Shown here piece by piece: positions 1 to 10,317 of a stretch of DNA of 64,000 nt. Every line of letters begins with the position of its first letter. The first letter of the stretch is position 1. A model generated the notes under the pieces. That model saw only the letters and a program-made list of their open reading frames with translations. It did no database searches and was not told where the DNA came from. Both the position numbers and the translations under genes were made by a program. The stretch comes from Phycisphaerales bacterium (GTDB lineage Bacteria; Planctomycetota; Phycisphaerae; SM23-33), in NCBI GenBank assembly GCA_018644725.1, contig JABGPZ010000060.1, positions 1,622 to 65,621 on the forward strand, read 5' to 3'.

Positions 1-1
1 G

Positions 2-1675
2 TTTGAGTGGACCCTCAAGCGCTTGGACACGGGCGAGAAAGTGGAAGTTCTTGTGCGCCTTGGCGCGATTGATGTCCAGGGTGAGGTCTTTATCCAGGTG
101 GTTGCCCACGACATGACCGAGGAATATCGCATGATGCGGACTCTGCGCGAAAGCGAAGAGAATCTGCGCATCACCCTTGAATCCATCGGCGACGCGGTGA
201 TTGCGACAGACACAAACGGATGTGTCTCAAGGATGAATCAGATCGCGCTGGATCTTACGGGCTGGGATCTCGACGATGCCAAAGGCCAACCGCTCGAAGA
301 GGTGTTCCACATTATCAATTGTGATAGCCGCAAGCGCGTGGACAATCCCGTGGCGCTGGTGCTGGCAACGGGACAGATTCAGGGTTTGGCGAACCATACC
401 GTGCTGATTTCCAAACGAGGCACGGAATATCACATTGCCGACTCGGCCGCGCCCATTCGCAACGACGACGGCGAGATTCTCGGCGTGGTGATGGTCTTCC
501 AGGATGTCACCGAACAGCACTTGCTCCAAGAGCGGTTGAACCATTCGCAAAAGATGGAATCGATTGGCCAGCTTGCCGGCGGGGTAGCGCACGATTTCAA
601 CAACATTCTCGCGGGGATCATGGGCCATGCCGAGTTGCTGGTCAATGAGATACCCAAAGAGAGCATGCCCCAGAGCTATCTATCGAGCATCATTTCCAGT
701 TGCGACCGTGCGGCCGACTTGGTGTCGCAGCTATTGAACTTTGCTCGCAAGGGCAAGATCCTCTCTTCGGCGATCGACCTCCACGAGATCATCAGCGAGT
801 CGGAACAGTTGTTGCGCACGACGATGGACAAGAGCATTTCAATCCGTAGCGACCTCACCGCGTCGGTGTCGAGCGTGGTTGGCGATCCGACCCAACTCCA
901 GAGCATGATCCTGAATCTTGCGATCAACGCGCGCGACGTAATGCCACATGGCGGCGAGTTCGTGATCCACACCGAGAACATCACTCTCAACGAGGCCTAT
1001 TGCCGGATCAGCGAATTTGATGTCGCGCCGGGCGACTATTTGTTGTTGTCGGTGCGCGATACGGGTTGCGGGATTTCGGCCGAGGTGTTGCCGCATATTT
1101 TCGATCCGTTCTTCACCACCAAGCCCACCGGCGAAGGCACGGGCCTGGGCCTCGCGTCGATCCACGGGGTGGTCACGTCCCATCATGGCGCGATTTGCGT
1201 CTATTCCGAAGAAGGCACAGGCAGCGAGTTCCACATTTATCTGCCCGTCAGCGACAATGCCGTTCCGATCGCTCCCGTCGTTCATCCTGGAGAGCCCAAA
1301 GGGGGTGGTGAAACAATTCTGTTGATCGACGACGAGCCGATGATCCGCAATATGGCGTGGTCAATTTTGTCGGATATGGGGTATACAGTGTTGCTGGCGG
1401 AAAATGGCCGGCGGGGCGTGGAACTTTATCGAGACAATATAGAGACCATCGATCTGGTGGTTTTGGACATGATCATGCCGGTCCTCAGTGGCCGTGAAAC
1501 GTTTGGCGAATTGCACGAGATCAATCCTGCCGTGAAGGTCGTGATGGCCTCGGGCTTCGCCCACGATGACCGCATCGAGGAGATGCTCTCTCTCGGCGCG
1601 AAGCAGTTCGTCCGAAAGCCGTTCCGCATCGGCCAATTCGCCTACGCCCTCCGCGCCGCACTCGATGAAGAATAG
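2..1675 (+). CDS. PAS/PAC hybrid sensor histidine kinase with C-terminal receiver domain (5' truncated by the window edge)
   Basis: Frame is open from base 2. It contains PAS segments ([12 protein letters not shown]...[25 protein letters not shown]), H-box (GGVAHDFNN), N-box (LNLAINARD), G-boxes ([19 protein letters not shown]) and a REC domain (LLIDDE, DMIMP, KPF). Confidence 0.95.
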   Translation, partial: FEWTLKRLDTGEKVEVLVRLGAIDVQGEVFIQVVAHDMTEEYRMMRTLRESEENLRITLESIGDAVIATDTNGCVSRMNQIALDLTGWDLDDAKGQPLEEVFHIINCDSRKRVDNPVALVLATGQIQGLANHTVLISKRGTEYHIADSAAPIRNDDGEILGVVMVFQDVTEQHLLQERLNHSQKMESIGQLAGGVAHDFNNILAGIMGHAELLVNEIPKESMPQSYLSSIISSCDRAADLVSQLLNFARKGKILSSAIDLHEIISESEQLLRTTMDKSISIRSDLTASVSSVVGDPTQLQSMILNLAINARDVMPHGGEFVIHTENITLNEAYCRISEFDVAPGDYLLLSVRDTGCGISAEVLPHIFDPFFTTKPTGEGTGLGLASIHGVVTSHHGAICVYSEEGTGSEFHIYLPVSDNAVPIAPVVHPGEPKGGGETILLIDDEPMIRNMAWSILSDMGYTVLLAENGRRGVELYRDNIETIDLVVLDMIMPVLSGRETFGELHEINPAVKVVMASGFAHDDRIEEMLSLGAKQFVRKPFRIGQFAYALRAALDEE

Positions 1676-1695
1676 CAGGAGAGATCCACACCAAT

Positions 1696-1728
1696 AAAAA
1701 AAGCCCGGCCAAATGGTCGGGCTTTTTT
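1696..1728. terminator. Bidirectional intrinsic terminator between convergent kinase and hcp
   Basis: A-run, GCCCGGCCA-aa-TGGTCGGGC stem, T-run. Confidence 0.85.
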
Positions 1729-1744
1729 GTGCAGTGGTGGAGCG

Positions 1745-3355
1745 CTAGTTTCCTAGCATTGCTTTGAGATCTTTTTCGGGGGTGGAGACCGGCGTGAGGC
1801 CGAAGGTGTCCACGAGCACGCCGAGGACGGTCGGGGAGACAAACGCCGGCAGCGACGGGCCGATGCGAATGTTCTTCACACCCAGCGCCAGCAGCGTCAG
1901 CAGGATGCAGACGGCCTTTTGTTCGTACCAGCTTAGCACCAGGCTCAGCGGCAATTCGTTCACGCCGCATTCGAACGCTTCGGCGAGTGCGAGTGCGATG
2001 CGGATCGCGGAGTAGGCGTCGTTGCATTGGCCGATATCGAGCAGGCGCGGGATGCCGCCGATGTCGCCGAAGTCCAGTTTGTTGAAGCGGTATTTGCCGC
2101 ACGCGAGGGTGAGGATCGCGCAGTCTTGCGGGACGGCCTCAGCGAGTTCGGTATAGTAGTTGCGGCCTGGTTTTGCGCCATCGCAGCCGCCGATGAGGAA
2201 GAAGTGGCGAAGGGCGCCGGACTTGACTGCGTCGATGACTGCCGGCGCGACCGACAGCACGGCCTGGTGTCCGAAGCCGACGGTGATTTCTTTCGGCTCT
2301 TCGGTTTCGGCGAAACCGTCGGCGGCAAGGGCAGCTTCAATCACCGGTGCAAAGTCGCGCCCGTCAATGTGCGCCGCGCCCGGGAAGGCGACCAGCCCGC
2401 AGGTGAAGATTCGCCCGAGATAGCTATCACGGGGCTGCTGGATGCAGTTGGTTGTCATCAAGATCGCGCCGGGGAAGGCGTCGAATTCTTTTTTCTGATC
2501 TTGCCACGCGCCGCCATAGTTCCCGACGAGGTGCGGATATTTTTTCAGTTCGGGATAGGCGTGGCACGGCAGCATTTCGCCGTGAGTATAGATGTTGATG
2601 CCTTTGCCCTCGGTTTGTTCCAGCAGCGCGGCGAGGTCGCCCAGATCGTGCCCGGAGACGAGGATGGCCTTGCCGGCGGTGGCGGTGACCTTCACGCTTG
2701 TTGGTTCGGGGTTGCCATAGAGGCCGGTGTTGGCGGTGTCCAGCAGTTCCATCACGCGGAAGTTCACCTCGCCACAGCGCAGGTTCGTACCCACCAGCGC
2801 GTCAACATCGGTGCTGCCGTCGGAGGTCAAAAACGCCAGCGCTTCATAGAAGAAGGTGTAGACGTCGGGGTCTTCTTGGCCGAGAACGCGCGCGTGGTGC
2901 ACATAGGCGGCGGTGCCCTTCAGGCCGTAGACCAGCAATTCCTGCAGGCCCGCGACATCGTCGCCCAACGCCTCGCGTCGCGCGGACACGCTGTACGCAT
3001 CCGCCAGCGCAAGCAGCTCGCCCGTCGTCGCGGGCAGGGTCGCCAGCGGGGTCGTGGTCGAGGCTTTGGCGCACAATGCAGTCAGCACCGTTGCGCCTTC
3101 GCGCAGAAGCTGTTCGAGTCGCACGGTATCGAAGTTCACATTCGTGACGGTGGTAAACAGCGCGTCGATCAGCCAGTTGTTGACGGCCGGGTCGTCCCAG
3201 CCATCGTGGCGGAGCGGATTGGCGACGGCGGAAAGCTCTTTGGTCATCTCGACGAGAAGATCTTGCAACGCGGCAGCCTCGGGGGATTTGCCACAGACGC
3301 CGACTTTCGTACAGCCCGTTCCTTGTGCCGTTTGTTCGCATTGATAACAAAACAT
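1745..3355 (-). CDS. hcp: Hybrid cluster protein (hydroxylamine reductase / NO-stress protein)
   Basis: Diagnostic N-terminus MFCYQCEQT...GCTKVGVCGK and motifs SGHDL, YTHGEMLP, GGCDG, LACGKYRF, GQCNDAYS, SWYEQKA. RBS AAAGGAG upstream. Confidence 0.97.
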   Translation of the reverse strand: MFCYQCEQTAQGTGCTKVGVCGKSPEAAALQDLLVEMTKELSAVANPLRHDGWDDPAVNNWLIDALFTTVTNVNFDTVRLEQLLREGATVLTALCAKASTTTPLATLPATTGELLALADAYSVSARREALGDDVAGLQELLVYGLKGTAAYVHHARVLGQEDPDVYTFFYEALAFLTSDGSTDVDALVGTNLRCGEVNFRVMELLDTANTGLYGNPEPTSVKVTATAGKAILVSGHDLGDLAALLEQTEGKGINIYTHGEMLPCHAYPELKKYPHLVGNYGGAWQDQKKEFDAFPGAILMTTNCIQQPRDSYLGRIFTCGLVAFPGAAHIDGRDFAPVIEAALAADGFAETEEPKEITVGFGHQAVLSVAPAVIDAVKSGALRHFFLIGGCDGAKPGRNYYTELAEAVPQDCAILTLACGKYRFNKLDFGDIGGIPRLLDIGQCNDAYSAIRIALALAEAFECGVNELPLSLVLSWYEQKAVCILLTLLALGVKNIRIGPSLPAFVSPTVLGVLVDTFGLTPVSTPEKDLKAMLGN

Positions 3356-3405
3356 CGCGTCTCCTTTATGGTGTCAAGGCCGATTTCTTCCGCAAGCCAT
3401 TTGGT

Positions 3406-3435
3406 TACATCAATGTAGACAACTTCGCCTACATT
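3406..3435. promoter_or_regulatory. Putative operator upstream of hcp
   Basis: Perfect inverted repeat AATGTAG-N10-CTACATT (3412-3435), overlapping TACAT-ca-ATGTA (3406-3417), 50-80 bp upstream of the hcp start. Confidence 0.45.
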
Positions 3436-3507
3436 TGGCTGCACACGAAATTATAGGCAACTGGCGGCGAGAAAACAGATTAATTTGGTTTTCTTATGGT
3501 GGACGCG

Positions 3508-4806
3508 CTAGGTTTGTTTCAGAAGATCGCAAATCATTTCTACGTTGTGCGCGGAGGCGCCTTGCTGGGCGAGGACAAATTCTCTCGCGCCGTTGGCTGC
3601 AGCTTGTGCGGCGACGGGGTCGGCGAGAGTTTCGCGCAGGAAGGTGTCAAGCGCTTCGGCGGTTTGAACGCGGACGCAGCCGTGTTCGGCGAGGTCGTCG
3701 GCCTGGGGGAAGTTGAAGGTGTGCGGCCCGAAGCAGGTTGGCTTGCCCAGCGCGGCGGCTTCGATCATGTCGCTGCCGCCCATCGGCACCATGGACCGGC
3801 CGACGAAAATCGCGCTCGCCAGAGAGTACAGTGTTTTGAGTTCGCCCATCACGTCGACCAAAATGACGGTGCGGGAATCGGTGGCGGGCGCAGTCGAGCC
3901 GTTGGGCAACTCGCTCCGGCGGCGAAGGGCATAGCCGCGCGATTCGATCAGGCGCGCGACTTCGTCGAAGCGTTCGGGTTTGCGCGGGACGAGCACGAGC
4001 GTCGCATCGGGGAACTTGTCCTGCAGGGTATTGTTCCACAGGTCCAGCAGAATTTCTTCTTCGCCCGGGCCGGTTCCGCCCGCGACGACCAGCCGCTGTC
4101 CAGCGACGCCCAGAGCGCGTACGATGTCCTCGGCCCCTTTGATTTCGCCATCGGTGCTGGTCGCGTCATATTTCAGCATGCCAGTGACGCAGAGTTTGTC
4201 TTCGCGCACACCGAGAGAGGCGAACAGGTCGGCATAGGCTTGGGTTTGACAGCCGATGCGCGTGAGTTTGTTGAATAGCCACGGCGCGATGGGGCCGAGT
4301 TTTTTGTAGCGCGGGTAGCCCTTGTTGGGGCTGATGCGTGCGTTGACGATCATCGTGGGGATGCGGCGGCGCTGGCAGGCGGAGAGAAAATTCGGCCACG
4401 CTTCACCTTCCATCATCACCACGGTATTGGGGCGAATGCGTCCGAGTGCGGTCGCGACGGCCAGGCTGAAATCCAGCGGCCATTGAATCACCGTCGCGTC
4501 CTGCGCGTCGCCATACAGACGGACCGCTGCGGCGAGGCCGGTGTCGGTCGTGGACGAAATCACCAGGTGCACGTTGGGGATCTGCGTGCGCAATTCTTTC
4601 GCCAAGAGCAGCGACGCGTTGGTCTCGCCAAGGCTCACGGCATGGACCCAGACCACCGGGCCGTCGTGGGCAATACGAGGCACGCGCCCAAGCAATCGTT
4701 CGGCAATGTGCGTACGATAGCGGCCGTGACGGATCATGCGCCAGAGGATCATTGGCGTCGCCAGCAGCAGGCCGAAAAAATAGAGAATGTCGAGAACCAG
4801 TCGCAT
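3508..4806 (-). CDS. waaA: 3-deoxy-D-manno-octulosonic acid (Kdo) transferase
   Basis: Motifs WVHAVSLGE, SSTTDTG, NARIS, TGMLKYD, LVPRKPERF, DVMGEL, FGPHTFNF. Start moved to ATG 4806 after RBS AAAGG. Confidence 0.92.
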   Translation of the reverse strand: MRLVLDILYFFGLLLATPMILWRMIRHGRYRTHIAERLLGRVPRIAHDGPVVWVHAVSLGETNASLLLAKELRTQIPNVHLVISSTTDTGLAAAVRLYGDAQDATVIQWPLDFSLAVATALGRIRPNTVVMMEGEAWPNFLSACQRRRIPTMIVNARISPNKGYPRYKKLGPIAPWLFNKLTRIGCQTQAYADLFASLGVREDKLCVTGMLKYDATSTDGEIKGAEDIVRALGVAGQRLVVAGGTGPGEEEILLDLWNNTLQDKFPDATLVLVPRKPERFDEVARLIESRGYALRRRSELPNGSTAPATDSRTVILVDVMGELKTLYSLASAIFVGRSMVPMGGSDMIEAAALGKPTCFGPHTFNFPQADDLAEHGCVRVQTAEALDTFLRETLADPVAAQAAANGAREFVLAQQGASAHNVEMICDLLKQT

Positions 4807-4904
4807 GATACGCCTTTCGTGCATCGGAGGTGTGATTTGCCACAAAGCGGGCGCTTCACAGGCAACTATTGTATCGAAGAATGCTCTCGGGAGCAAACCC
4901 AGAG

Positions 4905-4932
4905 TTGACATGTCTTGACGCGGCGTTATAAT
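4905..4932 (+). promoter_or_regulatory. Consensus sigma70 promoter for the pilC-like gene
   Basis: TTGACA (4905-4910), 16-nt spacer, TATAAT (4927-4932). Confidence 0.75.
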
Positions 4933-5023
4933 TGAGTATCAGAAAACATGATGGGGGACGTTCGGGGGCGGTGTCGCCAGACGGTGTCCATTGGCCCGTG
5001 AATGTTCCATCAAGGAGCGGTTT

Positions 5024-6250
5024 ATGCCCAAATTTGAAGTAGAACTTCAAGATGCCAGAGATTCCAATCAGGTCACAACTGAGATCGTTACGGCCGAGAA
5101 TCCGACCGAAGCGGCTGCACAGTTTCGCGGGAAGGGCTATGTCCTTCGCGTAAACGAAGTGGAAGTCACTGGCGGCTTGGCCAAACTGAACAATATTCGT
5201 ATCGAGTCTGCCCCCGGCCTCAAAGATGTCCTCGCATTCAGCAAGCAGCTTGCGGTGATGATCAAAGCGGGCATCAGCATTCGTGATGCCATCGAGGGGA
5301 TCGCTGAACAGCAATCCAATCAGCGCTTCAAAGCGATCCTCGACCAAGTTCGTACGGACGTGGAAGCGGGCCAAAGTTTTTCGGCGGCGCTGGCCAAGCA
5401 TCCCAACGTGTTCAACGCCATGTACGTCAATATGGTGCGCGCGTCGGAACTCTCCGGGAATTTCGCGCACATGCTCGGGCGGATTTGCTCGTATCTCGAA
5501 CAGCAGGATGAAACCCGTCGCATGGTTCGCAGCGCGATGGCCTATCCGGTGGTGCTTTTCTTCCTGTCGATTGGCGCACTGGTGTTCTTGCTGACGTGGG
5601 TCTTGCCGAAGTTCCTCGCCGTATTCGAAGGCAAGGAAGATCGCCTTCCCGGTCCAACCCGATTTCTGATGGCGCTGTCCGACTTCATGGTCAATCAATG
5701 GTATATTTTGATCTTGGGTGCGATCATCCTTGTGGTGGGATTTATCGTGTTTATCAAAACACCAGGCGGGCGCATCGCGTGGCACAAATTTGTTTTGCGC
5801 GTGCCGGTTTTCAGCAAAATGCTTCGGGCGTTGTATATCACGCGCGGCCTGCAGGCGTTCGGTGAGCTGATCAATGCGGGCGTTCCGATTCTTGACGCGC
5901 TGAAACTCACGTGCGATTTGTCGGGCAACATCAACTACCAGAATCTCTGGAAGAAGGTCAGCGATACCGTTCGTGAAGGCGGAAAGATTGTCCAGGAACT
6001 CCAAGGATCCACGCTGATGCCGAAAAGCGTGATTCAAATGATTGCAGCCGGGGAAGAATCTGGCCGTTTGGGCGAAGTCTTGTCGGACATTTCGGAATAT
6101 TACGAAGTGGAACTCAAGGCGCGCATCAAAATGGTCACAGGGATGATCGAACCGCTCATGATTTGCTTCATGGGTGGCGTGGTTGGTTTTATCGCTCTGA
6201 GTATCATCACCCCGATCTTCACGATGCAGAAAATTATGGCGAAGGGGTAA
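5024..6250 (+). CDS. Type II secretion/type IV pilus platform protein (GspF/PilC family)
   Basis: FSKQLAVMIKAGI, VEAGQSFSAALAKHPNVF, MVRASELSG, AMAYP, MIAAGEESGRL, IEPL. RBS AAGGAG before ATG 5024. Confidence 0.93.
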   Translation: MPKFEVELQDARDSNQVTTEIVTAENPTEAAAQFRGKGYVLRVNEVEVTGGLAKLNNIRIESAPGLKDVLAFSKQLAVMIKAGISIRDAIEGIAEQQSNQRFKAILDQVRTDVEAGQSFSAALAKHPNVFNAMYVNMVRASELSGNFAHMLGRICSYLEQQDETRRMVRSAMAYPVVLFFLSIGALVFLLTWVLPKFLAVFEGKEDRLPGPTRFLMALSDFMVNQWYILILGAIILVVGFIVFIKTPGGRIAWHKFVLRVPVFSKMLRALYITRGLQAFGELINAGVPILDALKLTCDLSGNINYQNLWKKVSDTVREGGKIVQELQGSTLMPKSVIQMIAAGEESGRLGEVLSDISEYYEVELKARIKMVTGMIEPLMICFMGGVVGFIALSIITPIFTMQKIMAKG

Positions 6251-6265
6251 CCCAGGAGACAGATC

Positions 6266-6760
6266 ATGAAACACACCAAACAAAAATCCGGGTTTACGCT
6301 GGTGGAAGTGATGGTTGCAACGGTGTTGCTGGCCACGGTGCTTTTGCCGTTGCTGCAGATCTATCCGAATATGTTGGTCATGATTGAAAAAAATCGAACG
6401 ATGACCAAGGCGACCTATCTCGCCAACGAGATCAAAGAATGGAGCGGCTACCTCAAAGCTCGCCAGCGCCACCTCTATGCGTCCGGGGCATATAAATCGA
6501 TTTGGGATCTCCATGGGGAGGTGTTTTCCCCGCCCGTGTCCGCGCCGGATATGAGTAATCCGACTTCGCCGACGGTCCTTTCCGATCATACTGGTTGGTC
6601 GCAGACGGTGACGCTGTCGCGCCGAACCGAGGGCAACCCGGCCGTGGTGGATTCACTGGGCACCTCCAAACTGGTTGAGCTCAAATGTGTCGTGAAATAC
6701 GAGGGCCAGACAATTCACGAGTTGGTTTGGCTGGAAAAAGAAGAAGCGATCATTCCCTAG
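6266..6760 (+). CDS. Prepilin-type N-methylation domain protein (minor pilin/pseudopilin)
   Basis: Basic leader followed by G|FTLVEVMVA with Glu5 and a hydrophobic helix. RBS AGGAG. Confidence 0.9.
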   Translation: MKHTKQKSGFTLVEVMVATVLLATVLLPLLQIYPNMLVMIEKNRTMTKATYLANEIKEWSGYLKARQRHLYASGAYKSIWDLHGEVFSPPVSAPDMSNPTSPTVLSDHTGWSQTVTLSRRTEGNPAVVDSLGTSKLVELKCVVKYEGQTIHELVWLEKEEAIIP

Positions 6761-6827
6761 CGAGCTCGGCGGGAAGATTCTGATTTTCGTGGTTCCGTTT
6801 GAACACCGTTCATGATACGCTTTGGGT

Positions 6828-9122
6828 ATGAGTCTGTCGTGGGACAATTCGTGGCTGCTTTGGCTTGCGCCGTTGGCGTGGGCGATTGTGTGGTGGGTGA
6901 ATGGTTCGCGCTGGCGGGCCCGGAGTCAATCTGCCGTGACGGTGGTGTGCCAGATGCTGGCGGCCGGGATGCTGACGGCCGCGCTGGCGGGTCCTCGCGT
7001 GGCGCGAGAGGGAGCGGCGCTGGAATGGTTGGTGTGTGAGGATGCGTCCGCGTCGATGGTCGCGGCGGATGCGCTTGCGATGGAAGATCGTCCGTTCCGG
7101 CGACTTTGGTTCGACCAGATGCTCCATGTGTCTCGGCCGATGTCGACGTCGTCGCGCACGGCGATGAGCGACGTTCTGGATTATGCCGCCAGCGAGTTGC
7201 CGAACCTCGCCGGGGTGGTGATTCGCACCGATGGCCGATGGCACGATGACATTTCTCCCGCGACTGCGCGACTCAAGCGGGCACTGGCCGCGAGCGGCAA
7301 GACGGTGTTTTTTATTCCCCAGCGCACGCCGCGTCGCGATGCCGCCGTCACGGCCTTCGCAGCCAGCCGCCTCGCGGGCGGTGAGCTGGAGTTGGCGGCG
7401 ACGGTGGAGGCGAACCATATATGCCAGCGTCGGCTCGTTCTTACCTCCCCCGCGGGGACCGTCCTGCTGGACAAGACGCTCAAGCTTCTCCCGCGCCAAC
7501 CCGCGCGATTCACCCGGCGGGTGCCGGCGGCGGCCGGGACGCGATTCGGGGCCGAGCTTACGCCGAGTGATGCGCTGGCGAACAATCGTCGTGAGGCGGT
7601 TTTGGCTCCGCTACGATCTCGGTTGGCGATTCTCGCAGACCCCGCCCCGGCGTGGGCGACCTTGCTCGCGAAGCAGTTGACCGAGTGGGAGATCGTGACG
7701 TCGCCGTCGCGCGCGGAGGTGTTGTCTGCGTCGGTGGTGCTCGCGCGGCCAAAGTCGCTCCCGCTGCTGAAGGATGCTACGGGCGGCGTGGTTTTGCTGG
7801 ACGCGGCCGACTCGCCGCTCTCTGTGCTCGTGCCCGATGCCCAGTCGCGCACGCCGCTGGCGGTGACGGTGTTGCTGGATGCGTCGGCGTCGATGGGCGC
7901 GCCATTGCCGGGCGGACACACGCCGTTTGGGCTGGCGACTGCTGCAGTGCGAAATTTGTCCGGCCACCTGACCAAGGACGACTCCGTGCGAGTGATTGCA
8001 TTCGATACCACTGCGCGGGACGTGTTCGTCGGCCGGGGCGATCAGCTTTCGACCTTCCGCCCGACGATGACTCCCACCGGCCAAACCGACATTGCTCCCG
8101 CGCTCAAACTCGCACTGGACGCGCCGGGGGAGTCCGGCAAGACCCGCCTCGTGCTCGTCTTCAGCGATCTCGACACCGCGAAGTTCGACGTGGCCGCCAT
8201 GGCCAAACGCTGCCGCGATGCGAAACTGAAATTGGCCGTCGCCGCACTGGGCGAAGCGGGTGCAGATTCGTCCTTGGCGGGACTGTGCAACCACCTCGGC
8301 GCGACGTTGTCGATTCTCAAATCGCCGCGAACACTCAACGCGCTTTTTGCGTCGGTGATCGCGGCCGAGCGCCCGGGCATCCAGCCGAGCGCGGAATCGC
8401 CCAAGGCGTCGGCATCTGTGGAATCGCTTTCAGCGTTGCCCCGGTCGATGATGATCCGACTGTGCCGGGCGAAGAAAAACGCCGTGGTCCTTGCGACCGC
8501 CAGCGACGAGCCGCTGTGCGCGGTGGGGAATTTCGGTCGGCGACGTATCGCGACGTTGGCGCTGGTGACTCCCGCGCCCGAATCGCTTGCCCCCGCGGCC
8601 GAGGCACTGGCCGAGCTGGTGACACTATGCGCGCCTGCCCAGGGCGACCCGCGGCTGGCCCTTTCGACTCGACGTGACGGACGGCGCATTGCGCTGACGA
8701 TTCTCGCGACCGACAAGGCCGTAGTGATGACCGAGCTGACGTTGCGCGCCCGCACAGGAACGCTCGCGGCCGACTTCGCGCAAACCGCGCCAGGCCGCTA
8801 TGAGGCGAAATTTGTTCTGCCCGCGTCGCTTGCGGGGGAGTGGGTTCATGTGACCGTGGAAAATTCCGCTGGCCGGGTCGTCGCGTCGGCCGGGGTCGTG
8901 GCGGGATGTGTCCCCGAGGCCCAGACGCTCTCGACCGCGCCGCAACGTGTCGAAGCCCTTGCCGCCGAACTCGGCGCAATCGTCACCACCGCAGCCCAGC
9001 TACCCGCCCAGCTTCAGCGTGCGACGGCCGCAACCGGCTCGCTCGCCGCCACGCTCTATCTTCTCGCACTCGTGGCCATGCTCGCAAGCTGGCTGATGCC
9101 CATCTTCACCAAATCAAAATAA
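6828..9122 (+). CDS. Membrane-anchored von Willebrand factor A domain protein
   Basis: N-terminal WLLWLAPL TM segment, two MIDAS-like DxSxS motifs (EDASASM, LDASASM), VFSD, and a C-terminal TM helix. Confidence 0.75.
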   Translation: MSLSWDNSWLLWLAPLAWAIVWWVNGSRWRARSQSAVTVVCQMLAAGMLTAALAGPRVAREGAALEWLVCEDASASMVAADALAMEDRPFRRLWFDQMLHVSRPMSTSSRTAMSDVLDYAASELPNLAGVVIRTDGRWHDDISPATARLKRALAASGKTVFFIPQRTPRRDAAVTAFAASRLAGGELELAATVEANHICQRRLVLTSPAGTVLLDKTLKLLPRQPARFTRRVPAAAGTRFGAELTPSDALANNRREAVLAPLRSRLAILADPAPAWATLLAKQLTEWEIVTSPSRAEVLSASVVLARPKSLPLLKDATGGVVLLDAADSPLSVLVPDAQSRTPLAVTVLLDASASMGAPLPGGHTPFGLATAAVRNLSGHLTKDDSVRVIAFDTTARDVFVGRGDQLSTFRPTMTPTGQTDIAPALKLALDAPGESGKTRLVLVFSDLDTAKFDVAAMAKRCRDAKLKLAVAALGEAGADSSLAGLCNHLGATLSILKSPRTLNALFASVIAAERPGIQPSAESPKASASVESLSALPRSMMIRLCRAKKNAVVLATASDEPLCAVGNFGRRRIATLALVTPAPESLAPAAEALAELVTLCAPAQGDPRLALSTRRDGRRIALTILATDKAVVMTELTLRARTGTLAADFAQTAPGRYEAKFVLPASLAGEWVHVTVENSAGRVVASAGVVAGCVPEAQTLSTAPQRVEALAAELGAIVTTAAQLPAQLQRATAATGSLAATLYLLALVAMLASWLMPIFTKSK

Positions 9123-9145
9123 AAAACGCCGCAGTTCTGCGGCGT
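9121..9145 (-). terminator. Intrinsic terminator oriented for minus-strand transcription
   Basis: Perfect stem ACGCCGCAG-tt-CTGCGGCGT preceded by an A-run on + (U-tail on -). Confidence 0.7.
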
Positions 9146-9223
9146 GAATTCCTCTTGTGGATGGCATGCGTTCTCCGTATTATTAAATCTTCAAGCCCCT
9201 GTTTCAGGGAGAAAGGGACAATC

Positions 9224-9940
9224 ATGTTTGGATGGTTCAAAAAGAAGGAGGTCAAGTCGGATTTTTCAAAAGAAACCCCTTCTAAGCCAAAGCGAATTCC
9301 CATGAAAAGGATGACTGTTCAGGCAATTACCGACGCTTTTCCTGATTTTGTCCATATTCCTCTGGGGAGGCCGGGATATTGGTTTCGCCGTGATGCTCAA
9401 CCTTTCTTGTATTCCTTCCTCGTCATACAGGCCTCGCAAAAAGGGGTATGTTGCGAAGTTGATGTTGCGGTGTCGTGGGAGGAAATGTGGGATAAAGGGT
9501 ATGGCATTAGAGAGGGGCTTAGTTGTGGAACTGGCTTGGCAAATCTCCGTGAAGACTCTTCATCAATATTGATGGAAGACGAACTGTATAAGTTCGATCC
9601 CAATGTAGATTCATTTCAAAAATGCCTGCAAGCCATAGTTGATGAAATTCGCCAATTCGCTCTACCATTCTTTTCAAATCGTGAGGAGCGCCTGCGATCT
9701 GATCCATTGACCAAATTTGGTATGGACTGGATTCAGGCAAATATCGACGACATCCCGGAGGATTTTGAGAAACATTGGTTTAGCAACCCTGGCAACCCTC
9801 CAAAAATAGAGGCGCTTGAGAAACTCAAAAGTGCCATTCGTCTGGAGGCCACGCGAATCAAGGCAGACAAGGAATATCGCCAAGGGAGTACAGTCCTTGC
9901 TATTCATTTGTTGCGATTCGCCTCGACTTGCCTCAAATAG
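9224..9940 (+). CDS. Hypothetical low-GC orphan protein (238 aa)
   Basis: ATG 9224 follows purine-rich GAAAGGGA. Visibly more AT-rich than its flanks. No recognised motif. Confidence 0.7.
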   Translation: MFGWFKKKEVKSDFSKETPSKPKRIPMKRMTVQAITDAFPDFVHIPLGRPGYWFRRDAQPFLYSFLVIQASQKGVCCEVDVAVSWEEMWDKGYGIREGLSCGTGLANLREDSSSILMEDELYKFDPNVDSFQKCLQAIVDEIRQFALPFFSNREERLRSDPLTKFGMDWIQANIDDIPEDFEKHWFSNPGNPPKIEALEKLKSAIRLEATRIKADKEYRQGSTVLAIHLLRFASTCLK

Positions 9941-9951
9941 ACCTCGTGTTA

Positions 9952-10317
9952 TTAGTCTTCCGGAGGCTTGGAATTAATCCTCTTCTCCCAGTCGAATTTG
10001 TGGAGGGTCCAGCCGTCGTATTTGCTGAGGTAGAACCAGCCGGCGGGGACGAGGGCGTTGCGCGATGTGTCGTAGACGGCGGCTTTGAGGAACGGGCCGA
10101 TCGTGTTGGTGATCAGGATCGGCGCATCAGGATGCGGCGTGATCGTCGGGCGGAACATCCCGCAGCCGGCGACCAGCGCCAGCAGAAGAACTGGTAGCAC
10201 CAGAGGCAAGATTCGCGTCGTGATTTGTCGGCGCGCTTGCTTCCGTCGTTGCGCTGGAGTTTCTTGCCTGCGACGCTGTCGTCCAAATCTCTTGATCGAG
10301 CGTAGCATTCGTTTCAT
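9952..10317 (-). CDS. Lipoprotein, putative o-spanin (Rz1-like)
   Basis: Basic N-region, hydrophobic stretch and lipobox LVAG|C, then a Pro-rich mature part. Starts inside the upstream ORF in another frame, with RBS AAAGG. Confidence 0.6.
   Translation of the reverse strand: MKRMLRSIKRFGRQRRRQETPAQRRKQARRQITTRILPLVLPVLLLALVAGCGMFRPTITPHPDAPILITNTIGPFLKAAVYDTSRNALVPAGWFYLSKYDGWTLHKFDWEKRINSKPPED

Noticed and set aside
8840-9223. Upstream extension making the orphan ORF 366 aa
   Set aside because: It overlaps the vWA gene and crosses a terminator hairpin. The composition shift and SD support ATG 9224.
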